A DNA stretch of 64,000 nucleotides from an uncultured delta proteobacterium (lineage in GTDB: Bacteria; Myxococcota_A; Polyangia; Polyangiales; Polyangiaceae): positions 288,001 to 352,000 of the forward strand of contig CAWJCS010000004.1 in assembly GCA_963841435.1 (NCBI GenBank), in the 5' to 3' direction. The notes under the pieces are model-generated. The model did not search any database and was not told the DNA's origin. It was given only the letters and a program-made list of their open reading frames with translations. Both the position numbers and the translations under genes were made by a program. Shown here in pieces: positions 20,790-32,199 of the stretch (within the stretch, counting starts at the first letter, position 1; the number at the start of each line of letters is the position of its first letter).

Positions 20790-21376
20790 TCTACCACCTT
20801 GGCAAGCTTGAGCACCTGCGAGGACAGATCGACGCCCTCTTCCCGAGCGCGTCTGAGATTCACGAGCAACTTGGGTTTGCCGCCGACCAGATCGAAACAG
20901 AGCGCGACGCCGGTCTCGACGAAGCGCGCCAGCGCGCCGGAGCTCAGCACGCTGAGCCCCGCGAGAGCCCGCGCGATACCGAGCAGCTCGCGCGCCCCGA
21001 AGCCTGGTGCCAAGTAGAGGATCGACACGCGCCCGTCACGCACGGTCTTGGTGAGGCCCGGTCCGTCCACGTAGACGTACTGGCTGACCTCCGTTGGCAG
21101 GTTTAGAACGCGCTTGTCCTCGAGGGCGCGCGCGGCGAGCTCCGCGACGTGCCTGGACTGAGCGTCGTCATTCTTGACGAGGATCACCAGGCGCACGACG
21201 TCCCCTGCGCGCGCCGGCAGATTGCGGTCGTAGGCAGCGACCTTGACGAGCAGCTCGATCTGCAGCGGCACGGGCACGGCGACCTCCTCGTCGGCGAAGA
21301 GCTCGCGCGAAAAGAGGAGCCCTACGATCCCGCCCAGGGCGGATCGGAGCGCCACGCGCCGGTCCATCGGTCGCAT
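20786..21376 (-). CDS. YfiR/HmsC-like (DUF4154) periplasmic protein
   Basis: C-terminal GGKPKLLVNLRRAREEGVDLSSQVLKLAKVV signature; twin-Arg-like signal (DRRVAL); stop overlaps the receptor start. Confidence 0.82.
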   Translation of the reverse strand: MRPMDRRVALRSALGGIVGLLFSRELFADEEVAVPVPLQIELLVKVAAYDRNLPARAGDVVRLVILVKNDDAQSRHVAELAARALEDKRVLNLPTEVSQYVYVDGPGLTKTVRDGRVSILYLAPGFGARELLGIARALAGLSVLSSGALARFVETGVALCFDLVGGKPKLLVNLRRAREEGVDLSSQVLKLAKVVE

Positions 21377-21441
21377 TTCGAGCCCGCGTGATTGCTCGCG
21401 TCAAGCAAGGGGCGCTCGAGCGCTGCTCCGCCCACCCCGGA

Positions 21442-24400
21442 TCAGTTGCCGCGACGGAGCCGTTTCTGCGCTTCGCGGTTGTTCGGGTCGAGCAGGGTCG
21501 CCTCGCGCCAGGCGGCCGTCGCGGCCTCGTTGTCGCCCGCCCGGGCGAGTGCATCTCCGAGCGCGAGGCGGACGGAGGCGCTGCGAGGCGCGACTTCGGC
21601 GGCCCGCTCCGCCCACACGACGGCGGGCTTCGCCTCGCCGAGCTGCAAGAGCACGTAGGAGAGCCCCACCCGTGCCGACCAGCTTCGTGGTTCCAGGATC
21701 GCAGCGCGCCGGAAGTATTTTTCGGCGACGACCAGCTCGTGGCCGCGCAGCGCTCGGTCGGCCTGCTTGACCTCGCGGGCGACGAGCCCGTGCACCCCGC
21801 GTCGATCGGTCGGCTCGATGCGTGCTGCGACGAGCCACTCCTTCCTCGCTCGTTCCTCGTCGCCGATGCGTGCGAGAGCATCGGCGAGCGCCTCGTGGTT
21901 GCGAAGCGAACGAGCATCGAGCGACACCGCGCGCTCGGCCCAGCCGAGGGCCTGCGGTCCGTCGCGTCCGAGCAGCAGCACCTGGGCGAGCTGCAGCGCG
22001 ATCTCGCCGTTGCGGTCGTCCCAGTGCGCGGCGCGACAGAACGCGGCCTGCGCGGCGCCGAGATCGCCGTGCACGATGGCCGCGCGGCCCGCGCGCGTCT
22101 CTTGCCACGCGGCCCCGGGGTAGTAGCCGTTGGGAGGCGGATCGGCGGCGAGCAGCGTCTTGCAGTCGGGGAGCTTGCGGCCGGAGCCGTCCGGCGCGCG
22201 TCCCTGAACGGCCTTTGGCGGGGCGTCGCTCGCGCTCGGAGCCGCGTCGCTCGCGCGGGGCGCGGGAGCCGGTGTGCTCGGCGTCGACGGCTTGGCGGCC
22301 GCCTTCGCAGGGGGAGCGACGCTTGCCGGCTCGACGGCTACGGGCGCTTCCGGGTGCGAAAAGAGCGCCTTGGCGCCAGCGTACAGGCCGAGAACCAGGA
22401 GCACCTGCGCGAGACCGAGCAAAACGAGCAAGCCCGCCGTCGCCGGAGCGAGGCGCGGCGCGTGCAGTAGGCGCTCGTGGCGTGAGAACCACGCGCGGGC
22501 GCGCGTGACGAACGAGCGAAGCTCGGTTCCCGTCGCGGTCGGTTGCCGCCACTCGGGCCCCGGGACGGTCGGGTTCGCGCTCGGTCCCATCCAGTCGGAA
22601 GCGGGGGTTGGTGGCGCCGAAGCTGCTAGCCCGCTCGCCCAGGGGACCGCGGCGACGGAAGGCAACGCTGCTGCCGGGCTCGATGCCGCCGCGATCGCGG
22701 GAGCGGGCGAGGCCACGGGCATTTTCACGGGAAGCGGCGTTCGAACGCTCGACGTGGGCTCGAAGCTTTGCGGGGGTGCGGGCTCCGCGCGCGCGGGCTG
22801 CCACGCGGCGGTCGACGACGGCTGGCGAGGCGATGCACCGGGGGCGGGTCCGACGGAGAGGACCGGAGCGGGTCGCAGCGAGGGCGAGGGCGCCTCGGGC
22901 GAGGGCGCGTGGAACGGCGGATGGATCGAGACCGTGCCGGTGGCCGGCACCGACGGACGGATCGGCGGCGTTTCCGCGTCCGCCATCGTGATCGCCACGT
23001 CGACGGGCGACATGATGTTGGCGCTCGCGGGCTGAGCGGCGGGCTCCACGCGCACGCGTCCCGAGCCGACGACTAGCAGCGCGCTGAGCGCGTGCACGCC
23101 CTCGAAGCTCGCGCCCGGTGCCTCGAGGCTCCGCCCCTGTGCACCGACGACGAGCCCGTCCGACAGGTCGACCGTGACCTCGACACGCGTGTTCTCGAGC
23201 GTCAGCCTGAGCGCGCGACCGCTCGCGGCGAGCGTTCGCAAGCAACGCGCAGGACCTATCACCTCGAGCCGCGTGTCGAACGGTGCGCCCAGATTGACGC
23301 GCTCGCGCAGCGAGCGCTCGGGCTCGGCCAGCCCCGCCAGCGTCGATTCGAAGCGATCGATCGCGGGTGCACCCGCCTGGTCGGGCCAAACGTCTTCCCA
23401 GCGCACGATCAGCATCGATGCCCAGCGCAGCCGGGAATCTCGCCGCATACGGCGCAGCAGCGAATGGCCCTCGCCGTGCACGTGGCCCTCGCCGATCATC
23501 AGGATGGTCGGATCGACCTGGCGGAGCTTCTGGAAGCGCCCGTCGTGGGGGTCGAGGTCGGTCACCACCACGGTCGCGCCACGCGCGCGGAGCTCCTGCG
23601 CCACGGCGTCGGCGCGCGGCGTGTCGTCGTCCGCGAGCACGACGCGCAGCTTGAAAAGCTCGTCCGCGCTCGCGCGCGCCGGCGCGCGCGGCATGCCGAG
23701 CCCGTCGGCGCCGCCTTCGTGGCGGTCTTCCAGCTCGTAGCGCAGGGGCTCGGCGCGCAGCACGTGGCGCCGAACCCGACGCACGAAGTTGTTGACGAAC
23801 TCGGCGAGCGGTCGGCCTTGGCCGAGCACGAGGCGCATGTCGGCCGACGCGTTGGCGTCTCCCTTGACCCCCTCGAGCCCCGCGCGCAGCTCCCTTTCGA
23901 GCGTCGCGACGAACTCCTCGAGCGTTGCTTCGCCGAGCTGACCGAGCGCTTCCGAGCCCGGGCCCGGCATCTCGCGCGCCAGGTCGGCGACGCGACCCGC
24001 CGTCGCGTCGACGCTCGCCGTGCGCGGGATGATCGCGGTGGCGCCATGGCGGAAGGCGCGCAATTTGGAATCGAGCGTCGTGTCGTCGCTGAGGATGACG
24101 ATCGGCACGACGAAGTTCTTCGGCAGGACGGCGAGCCTCTCGAGCACGCCGTTTCCGGCGTCGCGCGCGGCGTCGCCCACGACGAGCACGAGATCCGGGG
24201 CCACGGTGACGACGGCGTCGACGACGGTTTCGAGCGTCGCCGATTCGACGAGCACGTGGTGGCGCAATAGCGCGGCCTCGAGCGCGGGTGCGAAGCGCTC
24301 GCCCGTGCCGACGAACAGCACGGTGGGCTCGAGCCCGTCACCCTCCATGGGCGAGCGGCTCGCCCCGGAAGCTCTCGCCGTGCTCGACTCGGACGGGGCC

Positions 24401-24651
24401 TTTGGAGCGGGCGGTGCCAGCGCCGGCACCGGCACGGGGAGCGGCTCTTTCGGCGTGGCGCGCGGTACGACCGCTTGCAGGTGCGGTACGGGCTTGGCAG
24501 GAGCGCGCGCGAGCGGCCCCAGGCCGGCGCGCGCGAGCGCCGTTTCCGCCGGCAAGGCGCGCAGCGGCGTCGGTCGCGCGACGACCGCGGTCCCCGGTTG
24601 CGGCTGCGGTCCTGGCGCGGGCTGACTCGGTGAGGAGCCCATGAAACTCAA
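21442..24651 (-). CDS. Large membrane protein: two degenerate receiver domains, DUF4388/PATAN-like domain, Pro-rich linker, TM helix, TPR repeats
   Basis: REC-like segments (APDLVLVV...PIVILS...AFRHGATAII; RVVLADDD); DLSDGLVVGA...GVHALSALL; TM AGLLVLLGLAQVLLVLGLYAG; TPRs ending LDPNNREA. Start could be ATG 24642. Confidence 0.78.
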   Translation of the reverse strand: MSFMGSSPSQPAPGPQPQPGTAVVARPTPLRALPAETALARAGLGPLARAPAKPVPHLQAVVPRATPKEPLPVPVPALAPPAPKAPSESSTARASGASRSPMEGDGLEPTVLFVGTGERFAPALEAALLRHHVLVESATLETVVDAVVTVAPDLVLVVGDAARDAGNGVLERLAVLPKNFVVPIVILSDDTTLDSKLRAFRHGATAIIPRTASVDATAGRVADLAREMPGPGSEALGQLGEATLEEFVATLERELRAGLEGVKGDANASADMRLVLGQGRPLAEFVNNFVRRVRRHVLRAEPLRYELEDRHEGGADGLGMPRAPARASADELFKLRVVLADDDTPRADAVAQELRARGATVVVTDLDPHDGRFQKLRQVDPTILMIGEGHVHGEGHSLLRRMRRDSRLRWASMLIVRWEDVWPDQAGAPAIDRFESTLAGLAEPERSLRERVNLGAPFDTRLEVIGPARCLRTLAASGRALRLTLENTRVEVTVDLSDGLVVGAQGRSLEAPGASFEGVHALSALLVVGSGRVRVEPAAQPASANIMSPVDVAITMADAETPPIRPSVPATGTVSIHPPFHAPSPEAPSPSLRPAPVLSVGPAPGASPRQPSSTAAWQPARAEPAPPQSFEPTSSVRTPLPVKMPVASPAPAIAAASSPAAALPSVAAVPWASGLAASAPPTPASDWMGPSANPTVPGPEWRQPTATGTELRSFVTRARAWFSRHERLLHAPRLAPATAGLLVLLGLAQVLLVLGLYAGAKALFSHPEAPVAVEPASVAPPAKAAAKPSTPSTPAPAPRASDAAPSASDAPPKAVQGRAPDGSGRKLPDCKTLLAADPPPNGYYPGAAWQETRAGRAAIVHGDLGAAQAAFCRAAHWDDRNGEIALQLAQVLLLGRDGPQALGWAERAVSLDARSLRNHEALADALARIGDEERARKEWLVAARIEPTDRRGVHGLVAREVKQADRALRGHELVVAEKYFRRAAILEPRSWSARVGLSYVLLQLGEAKPAVVWAERAAEVAPRSASVRLALGDALARAGDNEAATAAWREATLLDPNNREAQKRLRRGN

Positions 24652-24803
24652 TCATCACTCAGACTCGACGTCGTAGCCAGAGCAATGCGACGGCTCGTCG
24701 GCGTGGTTCGTGGGTACGCACGAGTACGACCTCGGCCTTCATTGGCCTCCATGGTCGCCTTTCGTTCTGCTGTCGGGAGAAAGACCTCGACGTGGCCGCG
24801 CGC

Positions 24804-25765
<962 letters not shown>

Positions 25766-25766
<1 letters not shown>

Positions 25767-27145
25767 CAGCCGCCTGTGCCCTTACGCTCGTCGATTTGCG
25801 ACAGAATCTCCATCATCTTGTGATGCAGGGCCGTGACGCGCCGCTCCGGCACGAAAAGCCGGCGGCCTTGCCCCAGGGCGGTGAGCGCCCGGTCGAGGTC
25901 GGCGAAGGTCGCGGCGAGCGCCTGGACCCCTGCCGCGTCGAGACGGCCACTCGCGCGCGCTTGCTCGAGCAACCGGGCCGACGAAGCACGAGGATCGGCG
26001 TCGAGGCGCTCCGCCAGCCCCTCGGTGAGCGCGCTGCGCATCTCCGACAGCAAAAGGGCGCGATCGGTGGTCGGCGCCGCCAGCACGGCCGCACGCCCGG
26101 CGACGCCGCCCTGCCCGACGAGCGGGGTTCCGAGCGCGTAGCGCGGGACGTAACGCCGATAGAGCCTGAGGGCGTGCTCGAGCGCCCAGATCAAGCAGAG
26201 CGCGAGCGCGACGGCGGCGAGGGCGAGGGCGGCGGTGCGCGGCAGGCCGTCACGATGCGCATCCTTGAGCGCATCACCGAAGCCACCGATGGCGTCGCCG
26301 AGCTTGCGCAGTGGGCCCTGCCCGCCGCCGAACTGCCCGCGCTGCCGGAACGCATTGGCGACGAGGTAGAGCTTGCCCCCGCGCTCGCCCCAGTCGTCCC
26401 GATCGACGAGGTAGGTGACGAGGTGCTTGGCGAACGCCCGGTTGCCAGGATAACGCAGCATCAGGTTGATCACCGCGGAGGGATCGCCCATCGCGAACAG
26501 GCGGCCGCGCTTGGCGATGACGCCCGTCACGGCGAGCGTCGCCGTGGGCTCACCGAGCGCGGGGATCTCGAGCACGGGCGTGAGATCGGGGTGGGTGAGC
26601 GCCGTCGGGTGGTTGGTCACGAGCCGCTCGACGTCGCGCACGGTCGGATGTCGGTTTTGCTCCTGGCCCGCGACCTCCTGGACGGCGGGCACCGCGATGG
26701 GTAGGTCGTCGTTGTTGCGCAGTGCCGAGGCGGGCCGCAGCGGCGCACGCACGCGATCGATCTTGTAGCGAGACAGGAAGCTCGGTGCCTTGCCGAAGTC
26801 GTCGAGGATCGCGACGCGGCCGCCGGCCGTGAGGAAGGCGCTCATCTCGTTGGCGTCGATGTCAACCTCCGGGTGCAGGACGAGCACACCGTCGGCTGGC
26901 TCGAGTCGCGCGTAGTCGAGCGTCGCGACGATCTCGACGCGCCCGCGACCGAGCTCGGCCCGAGCAATCGACAAGAGCTCGCTCGTGCCCTCCCATTCCA
27001 CCGAGCTCACCTCGAAGGCTGCCCGCGCCCCCGCACTGAGGAGAGTTGCCCCGAGGCAGACCCAGAGCGCCACCCACGAACGAGGGGCCCGTGGACCCCC
27101 GGCCGACCGCCCGGGGCGGGTGTTCCGAGGTAAGCTTTCGGTCAC
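25766..27145 (-). CDS. DUF4350-like membrane protein
   Basis: Signal peptide, WEGTSEL, FLTAGGRVAILDDFG, GRLFAMGDPSAVINLML..GNRAF, then a TM; stop overlaps the moxR start by 1 nt. Start is approximate. Confidence 0.72.
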
Positions 27146-27264
27146 GTGAGCCGTATTATGCGTCGTGATGTCCCGGGCAAGGCATACGGCCGCCGGCGCC
27201 TCGCCCCCGACGGTCCGGGGGGCAGGCGAACGCGCCCCAGACAAAGCCCCGGGTTTTCACGAAC

Positions 27265-27292
27265 TTGACCCGGGGTTTCCCATCGCTAGATT
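27265..27292 (+). promoter_or_regulatory. sigma70-like promoter
   Basis: TTGACC-16 nt-TAGATT upstream of the small ORF at 27336. Confidence 0.5.
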
Positions 27293-27335
27293 ATTCGTTA
27301 GACCCGTTGGCGGGCCTGGCCCCGAAAGCACCCCC

Positions 27336-27509
27336 ATGCTCCCTCCCTTCATCATCGAACAAATCCGGCAGCGGGAGGCAGATGAGGAGCGTCGGCGCCA
27401 AGAGTTCGAGCAACCGCGGCTCGAGCTACCCGAGCACGCGTACGAGCCTGCGCGTGAGCGCCAGGAAGACGACGCGGAGCGCGGCGTCGTGATCCTCGAG
27501 CTTGGCTGA
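27336..27509 (+). CDS. Small charged hypothetical protein (57 aa)
   Basis: MLPPFIIEQIRQRE...QPRLELP...RGVVILELG; GC3-rich codons; follows a promoter-like element. Confidence 0.65.
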   Translation: MLPPFIIEQIRQREADEERRRQEFEQPRLELPEHAYEPARERQEDDAERGVVILELG

Positions 27510-27593
27510 CGCGAGCGCGGGCCTCGAGCCCGAAAAGAACTCACCAAACCAGGTTGCTTGGTGCGGTGTGAGCTTCTACGCTCCGCCGCCCGT

Positions 27594-29136
27594 ATGGCGC
27601 GGCTTGCTCCCTTGCTCGTTGCTTCGCTTCTCGTGGGGTGCTTCCCACCCGGCGAAGGCAATCCACCGCCGACGCCGCTCTACTTTCCGGTCGGCGTCGC
27701 GCTCGACGAGCACGCCGAGCACCTGTTCGTCGTCAGCAGCGATTTCGACCTTCAGTACAACGCCGGGACGATCGCGAGCTGGGATCTGTCGGTGCTGCGC
27801 TCGGTCGTTGACCGCATCCTGACGGGCGACTGCAACCCGCTGCCGCAGCAGTCGACGGGCGAGCGGCTGCTGCACCCGGGGTTGTGCGGCTACATCGACC
27901 CGGCGGCGCGGATGTCGGTGGACGGTGAGGAGCGCGCCATCCTTTCGGACTGGGTCCGGATCGGCGCCTTCGCGACCGACGTCGTCTATCGGACCCGACC
28001 CGCCAGCGCACCGAGCGGGGACGCGGGCCGCCTGTTCGTCCCGGTTCGCGGCGACGCGACGTTGCACTGGATCGACGTAGCGACCGACGGCACGCTCCAC
28101 TGCGGCCAGCCGGCGCCTCACGAGGCCTGCGACGGGAGCCACCGCGCCGGCGACGACCCGGCGAACGAGAATACGCGCGGTGCGAGACTTTTGCCCGAGC
28201 CGTTCGGTGTCAACCTCGACGAGGCCGGCAGTGTTGCGCTCGTCACCAACCAGAACGTCCGGAGCGGCCGGCCTGTTCCTCAACGATTGGGACGCGGGCG
28301 CCCGCTACGAGTTCACCCTCGGGGGCCTGCCGGATCGGCCGATCGGCGTCGTTGCGCTGCCGGAGCCGTGGGCGGTGCCCGCGCTCGGGCTCGCACACCT
28401 GCCGGGGTTCCTCGTCGGATTCCGCAACGTCGCGTCGATCTACATGGTGCGCGCCTACTTCGACGAGGGCGCGAATCCACCGCGCCCGTACGCCAAGGTC
28501 CCGTCGAGTGCGATCATCCTCACGAATTCTTCGGGGATCGATTCGCGCGGGCTCGCCGTCAACGCTTCCGAGCGTCGCGCCGCCGAGCGCCTCTGCGCCG
28601 ACCGCTTTGGTCTCGACGACATCACGGCCGTCGATCCGGAAGCGGCCCAGGCCGCGGGGCCCGGCTACGCCGCCTGCGCGACGGAGGCTGCGGCGGAGCC
28701 CCTCGACGTGTACGTCAGCAATCGTGCTCCCGCGAGCCTCGTGGTCGGCAGGAGCCGCCCGGCGCTAGCGGACATCCCCTCCAACGATCTTCCGACGTTC
28801 TACGCGACCATGTCGGTGCCGCTCGGGGCGGCTCGGGTCGTGGTGGGCGACATCGTCAACGCGTCCGGCGACCGCGAGCGGCGCGCGTTCTCGATCTCGT
28901 TCGACTCCCGCCGAATCGTGATTTACGACCCCGAGCGGCAGCGCATCGAAACCGAGATCCTCACGGGTCGCGGTCCCCAGGCCATGGCAATCGACAGCGA
29001 GCACGGCCTCGGCTACGTCGCGCATTTCACGGATTCGTACGTCGGCGTCGTGGACCTCGACCAGCGTCGCCCCGAAACCTACGGCAAGATGGTCGCCACC
29101 GTCGGCAAGCCAACGCCCCCGAGGGCATCGGAATGA
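27594..29136 (+). CDS. Lipoprotein, probable beta-propeller; +1 frameshift at 28254-28255
   Basis: Lipobox LVGC; blade-like motifs (YFPVGVALD...LFVVSSDFD; GRGPQAMAID...GYVAHFTDSYVGVVDLD). Removing one A gives a 513-aa ORF. Confidence 0.78.
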
Positions 29137-32100
29137 ACGCGCGCGCCGCCTTGGCGTTTCCGCTCGTCGCGCTCGCGCTTCTGGGTTGCAACCAGGATGC
29201 CGTCGAGGTGACGCAGCGCTCGCTGCAGGCAAGCTCAGAGGTCACGTTCGTGTGCCGAGGCCCAGACGGCAAAGGGCTCGAGCAGAGCGACTGCCCCGAC
29301 TACGAGCGGGGCGAATCCAGGTTGTTCGCCCTCGTGACGCAGACGGCTACCGAGGAGGTGGCCGTCGTCAACGCGTTCGCGGCCAAGGTGGTCGACGTCG
29401 AGCCGAACGTGCCGGGTTTCTCGTTTCTCCGCATGCCGAGCCGGCCCGGCGACATCGTGACGACGCCGGGCGGTGCGGCAAGCTTCGTCGGGCTGACGGG
29501 CGTCGGTAAGCGAGGTGTCGCCGCCATCCCCACGACTTGCCTCGGTGCCGCCACCGGGGGCGAGACCGCTCGTGATCTCACGACCTTTCCGGCCTGCCGC
29601 CTGCCGTCCGTACCCGGCGACATGGTGGTGCTCGTCGAGCCGCCCGACAAGGACGGCATCCGCACCGGCTGCGATCCGAGCTCGCCGCTCGAGGGCTCGT
29701 TGCCGCCCATGTCGGACGACGAGGCCGCACGTTGCCCCGCGGCCGATCTCACGCGCGAGGCCGGTCCCGCCGGGCGCCGCAAGCTCGCCATCACTTTGCC
29801 CGAACGCGGGGAGGTCGTCGTGCTCGACGCGCAGAGCATCGTCGACGCCGTTCCGGGCAGCTTCGAGCCGTGCCGCATCGAGGCATCGCTCCCGCTGCGG
29901 GTCGACCTCGATTCCGCGGTGCAAACCCTTCCGCCCGAGCTGGTTCCGGACCCCGGCTGCACCGTGCCGACACCGCTACCGCCGCCGAGCACGGGGGGTT
30001 TCCTCGCCGAGCCTGCGGGCGTGGCTGCTTCGGACGGACGCCTCTACATCGGGGACCGCGGCGCCCCCGTGGTTCACGTCGTCGATGCGGCCTCGGCGTG
30101 TCACCTCACGGAGCTGCCGCCGCTCCTGCCGATGTCGTTCGAGGTGCCGTCGCGGGTCGTCACTGCGTCGCGCGTGGCGGTCACGCCGCTCACGCCGTCC
30201 GGCAAGCGCTTCGTCTACGCCATCGACGATCAGGATCAGCCGGCGAGCGTGATGGCGTTCGACGTGAGCTCCGGAGCCGCGGATCGCACCCCGATCGTGC
30301 GCCCCGGCGCCACCCGGATCCCGTTCGAGGCGCCCGATCGGTTGCGCTTCGCCTCGCCCGTCGCCGACCTCACCTTTGCACTGCGCGACCTTCCGCAGAT
30401 CGACGACGAGGGCGTCGCCACGGAGGGCGTGCGCTGCGATCCGGATCCCGCGCTTTCGTCCGACGACCCCGCCACCCTCTATCGCCCCTCGAGCGACGGC
30501 ACGGCGGGGGCGCGCCCGCGGCTGCTCCGCGGTCTGTTCGGGCTTTTGATGCTGACGAGCGGTCAAATCGTCGTGATCGACGTTGACGACTACGACGCGA
30601 GCTGCCGGCGCCCGCTCGGCACGAACGCGTCCATGAATCCGGACTACCGCGGCTGCTCGGGCGACGTCAGCTTGCCCCCCGAGCTCACGCTCGACACGGG
30701 GGCGGCCACGGCGACGGCGGAGGTCAGCTGCCGCATGGTGGAGCCGCACCGCCCGCGCGCCCAGTCGCTCGGCGTCGTGAGCTCGTCGCTCGGCGTGGGC
30801 GCTCCGTCGCTCCGGTCCTTGCCGCGCTTCGTCGCCCCCGACAGCGCGCTCGACCTCTCGGGGATCGAGCTGCCGAAGCTGCTTGCCGTCAACATCCCGC
30901 CCGCCGATCCGGACGGAGAGCCAGTGCCGCCAGCCGTGTACGTGGGCACCACCGAGTACGAGAAGGGCCGCGCCGGAGCCGATCTGCAGACCAACCCCGC
31001 GGTGGCCGAGGAGTCGTCGCTCACGCTGCCGTTCGTGGAGCCGCGCGCACACCTGCCGAGCGACTCGTTCTCGCTCGTGTACGAGGGCCGCGTCGCGGGT
31101 GAGGGCTCGGGCGGCTTTCTGTCCTTCGCCGGGGGTGGCCAGGGCGCTTTCGACGACCCGACCGCCTACTTCTGCGGCCAGGGCGTCTACGACTTGCCGA
31201 TGATGCAGGACTACGGTGAAAAGGAGCTCGGGCTCGACGGTGACGAGCTCACGCGCTTCGCTGAGTCCCACGCCGATTACCTGCAGATCACCGACGGCTT
31301 TCCCGTGCTCGAGGATTCGTACTGGATCTCCAAGCGCGGTCAGGACTGCGGCGGCAGGGCAGCCTGCTTTTCGGCGTTCGGGCGTAGCGACGCGAAGGAT
31401 CTCGACCCGAGCCGCGAGCTCACGATCCAAAAGGCGTACCAGAACCGACTCGAAGTGCGCCCGCGCCAATCGGCGTCGGAGGAGCTTGCCGGCCTTGCGG
31501 ATCAGTGCACGCGCTGCGACGGCACCCCCGACTCGCCCGAGTGTACGGTCGACGGCGTGTCGAAGGACAAGCTAACGCTCCTTTTCGAGCACTGCTTCCC
31601 GGGCGGCATGCGCTACACCGTGCGCGCCTCGCGGCAATGGGTGCTCGGCTCGTCGCGCGGGCTCCACGACGTCACGGCCCGCCCCGTCGCCAATAGCTCT
31701 CTTTACGAATGCGCGCGCGACTGCAATCCGCGCAAGCGTTTCATGCACCAGCGCGTTTTCGAGGTGTCGTCGAACGTCGATTGCGCGGGGGACCAGCCTT
31801 CCTGCGGCGTCGGCGTCGCGCCGCGCGACGAGACGGTGTGCGCCTACGATCCGCGCGACCCGGACTTCGGCGGCCACGGGCTCGCGCTCGACGACGGGGC
31901 GTCGGCGTGCATCTTCGACAACCTGGTGGCGCGCTTCGTCGTGTACCGGGGGCTCTCTCCGAGCGTGCGCGGGATGCGCTTTACCTGGCAGACGACCGGC
32001 GGGTTCGGGGCCTTGCTCGCGTCGCTGAGCTCGCAGTCCAGCGCGGTCCTGCCGCAGCACATCAGCTACGTGCCGGAGCTGCAGAGCATGGCCGTCGTCG

Positions 32101-32174
32101 ATGCCGCGAGCCTCGGGCTCTCGCTTCTCAGCCTCGACGGCCTGCGCATCAACGCGGACTGGCCCGTGTATTGA
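29133..32174 (+). CDS. Large Cys-containing lipoprotein (about 1013 aa)
   Basis: ATGA overlap with the upstream gene; lipobox LLGC; propeller-like blades (GRLYIGDRGAPVVHVVD) and paired Cys. Confidence 0.8.
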   Translation: MNARAALAFPLVALALLGCNQDAVEVTQRSLQASSEVTFVCRGPDGKGLEQSDCPDYERGESRLFALVTQTATEEVAVVNAFAAKVVDVEPNVPGFSFLRMPSRPGDIVTTPGGAASFVGLTGVGKRGVAAIPTTCLGAATGGETARDLTTFPACRLPSVPGDMVVLVEPPDKDGIRTGCDPSSPLEGSLPPMSDDEAARCPAADLTREAGPAGRRKLAITLPERGEVVVLDAQSIVDAVPGSFEPCRIEASLPLRVDLDSAVQTLPPELVPDPGCTVPTPLPPPSTGGFLAEPAGVAASDGRLYIGDRGAPVVHVVDAASACHLTELPPLLPMSFEVPSRVVTASRVAVTPLTPSGKRFVYAIDDQDQPASVMAFDVSSGAADRTPIVRPGATRIPFEAPDRLRFASPVADLTFALRDLPQIDDEGVATEGVRCDPDPALSSDDPATLYRPSSDGTAGARPRLLRGLFGLLMLTSGQIVVIDVDDYDASCRRPLGTNASMNPDYRGCSGDVSLPPELTLDTGAATATAEVSCRMVEPHRPRAQSLGVVSSSLGVGAPSLRSLPRFVAPDSALDLSGIELPKLLAVNIPPADPDGEPVPPAVYVGTTEYEKGRAGADLQTNPAVAEESSLTLPFVEPRAHLPSDSFSLVYEGRVAGEGSGGFLSFAGGGQGAFDDPTAYFCGQGVYDLPMMQDYGEKELGLDGDELTRFAESHADYLQITDGFPVLEDSYWISKRGQDCGGRAACFSAFGRSDAKDLDPSRELTIQKAYQNRLEVRPRQSASEELAGLADQCTRCDGTPDSPECTVDGVSKDKLTLLFEHCFPGGMRYTVRASRQWVLGSSRGLHDVTARPVANSSLYECARDCNPRKRFMHQRVFEVSSNVDCAGDQPSCGVGVAPRDETVCAYDPRDPDFGGHGLALDDGASACIFDNLVARFVVYRGLSPSVRGMRFTWQTTGGFGALLASLSSQSSAVLPQHISYVPELQSMAVVDAASLGLSLLSLDGLRINADWPVY

Positions 32175-32199
32175 GGTGGCACGGGCGCGAGGCTCCTCC

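Noticed and set aside
21401..23389. Long alternative-frame and antisense ORFs here and throughout the window
   Set aside because: They have Arg/Ala/Pro-rich composition with no motifs, which is expected from stop-codon scarcity at this GC content.
27558..32174. Single 1538-aa ORF
   Set aside because: It is a chance fusion caused by the frameshift at 28254. The middle is off-frame Arg-rich sequence and a second signal peptide starts at 29133.
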